A stretch of DNA of 21,695 nt, from NCBI GenBank assembly GCA_002245135.1, contig NGBS01000875.1:248001-269695 (forward strand). The letters are read 5' to 3'. Below, piece by piece: positions 20,727 through 21,695 of this stretch. A model generated the notes under the pieces. It was not told the DNA's origin. It saw only the letters and a list, made by a program, of their open reading frames with translations, and ran no database searches. The stretch is from Proteromonas lacertae (Eukaryota). Every line of letters begins with the position of its first letter. Position 1 is the first letter of the stretch. Position numbers and translations under genes: made by a program.

Positions 20727-20742
20727 TAGTTATTAATATATA

Positions 20743-21301
20743 ATGTTTAAAAGATATATCACAAATGATTATATAGGTACAGGTGATTTACATAAAGAAG
20801 ATGCACTCTCAAATTTTGATATTGAAAAGATCATTAAAAAAATGTTTCCTAGACTACTAAAATATTTTAAAGGTGTTATACTATGGGATGAACTTAGCAA
20901 AATAGGTCAACTATGTAAAAATGAAAATGTTTGGTGTGTTATACTTTGTACTAATACAACTAAAGATCCTGTAAGTAAAATAGGTCATTGGGTTAGTTTA
21001 TGTGTTAACAATAATACTAGGAGGATAATGTACTATGATAGTTTTGGAGATAAACCTAAACAAATAACAAAGTTTTATAAAGATTTAACAAAATTAAAAA
21101 ATATCCTAATGATGAATATAGATTAAAATAAACAGAGTTAAAAATCAAAGAGTTGATAGTGTAAGATGTGGTTATCATGCAATTTTGTTTTTAGTTGATA
21201 TCATAGTAAATAACAAATCGTTTGTGCAAGCAACAAATTTTAATTCATTAAAAGGAAAAAAAAGAGCTAAAATGTTAGAAACAAAATTTAAAACTATATA
21301 A
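20743..21301 (+). CDS. Adenain-like (Ulp1/adenovirus-type) cysteine maturation protease, frameshifted
   Basis: NT..GHWVSL (His) and YYDSFG (Asp). After frame correction near 21100-21130 the frame reads NQRVDSVRCGYHAILF (oxyanion Gln, catalytic Cys) to TAA 21299-21301. Confidence 0.88.
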
Positions 21302-21695
21302 TTTTTATTCTTTTTCTTTTATTATTGTGTGTAAACAATTTGGTATACAATTTTACTAATGATTGTGTCTTTCTTCTACGCTTTTTACCTAAACCTTGTA
21401 TTCTACGTTAGCTGTTTCTCTATCATCAATAGCTCTTTGATTAATACTATCTCGATTTGCATTTCTCATATAATCATCAATTTTAAATAATTATTTTCAT
21501 CTTTACATCTAATCTTGCATCTTTTAATACATAAATATTATCTTTCAAAGATACTGGTACTATCAATTCTACTGTATCTCCTATCTTAACAAAGAATGGA
21601 TAGTTATAGAATTTGTGAATTCCATCACCTGGTATATCGCATGACATATAATCAAACATTGGATCACTTATTACATACCATGCTCTATCACTTTC
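21294..21695 (-). CDS. 3' end of a viral gene running in from the window edge, frameshifted; ends with GLGKKRRRK
   Basis: Open frame ESDRAWYVISDPMFDYMSCDIPGDGIHKFYNYPFFVKIGDTVELIVPVSLKD; three 1-nt shifts in A runs extend it to a basic tail with a GxG-K-basic motif like the core protein. Confidence 0.5.

Larger units (their letters stand above)
9050..21695. mobile_element. Endogenous Maverick/Polinton-type virus, partial and internally deleted; left boundary uncertain (could include the kinase)
   Basis: Co-located pPolB, rve-integrase C-terminus, adenain-like protease and basic core-like protein; tightly packed intronless genes unlike the intron-rich host genes to the left. Confidence 0.88.

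Overview
AT-rich eukaryotic DNA from a compact protist-type genome with 26-42 nt GT-AG introns. A Blastocystis-like host is an inference only. The window has two parts. Host part (1 to ~7.5 kb): three tandem paralogues of an uncharacterised protein, a non-coding minus-strand transcript whose two long introns carry at least three box C/D snoRNAs (two with recognisable LSU rRNA guides), and a histidine acid phosphatase. An intronless CDK/MAPK-like kinase follows at the boundary. Viral part (~9 kb to the window end): an intronless endogenous Maverick/Polinton-type virus with a protein-primed DNA polymerase B, the C-terminal half of a retroviral-like integrase, an adenain-like protease, a basic GxG-motif core-like protein, a ~1170-aa Pro-rich/coiled-coil gene split by seven frameshifts, several orphan ORFs and a recurring candidate promoter motif. 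The integrase and polymerase meet head-to-head at a 10-bp palindrome; the integrase has lost its 5' half and the polymerase probably has too. Capsid genes, packaging ATPase and the right end are not recognisable in this window.
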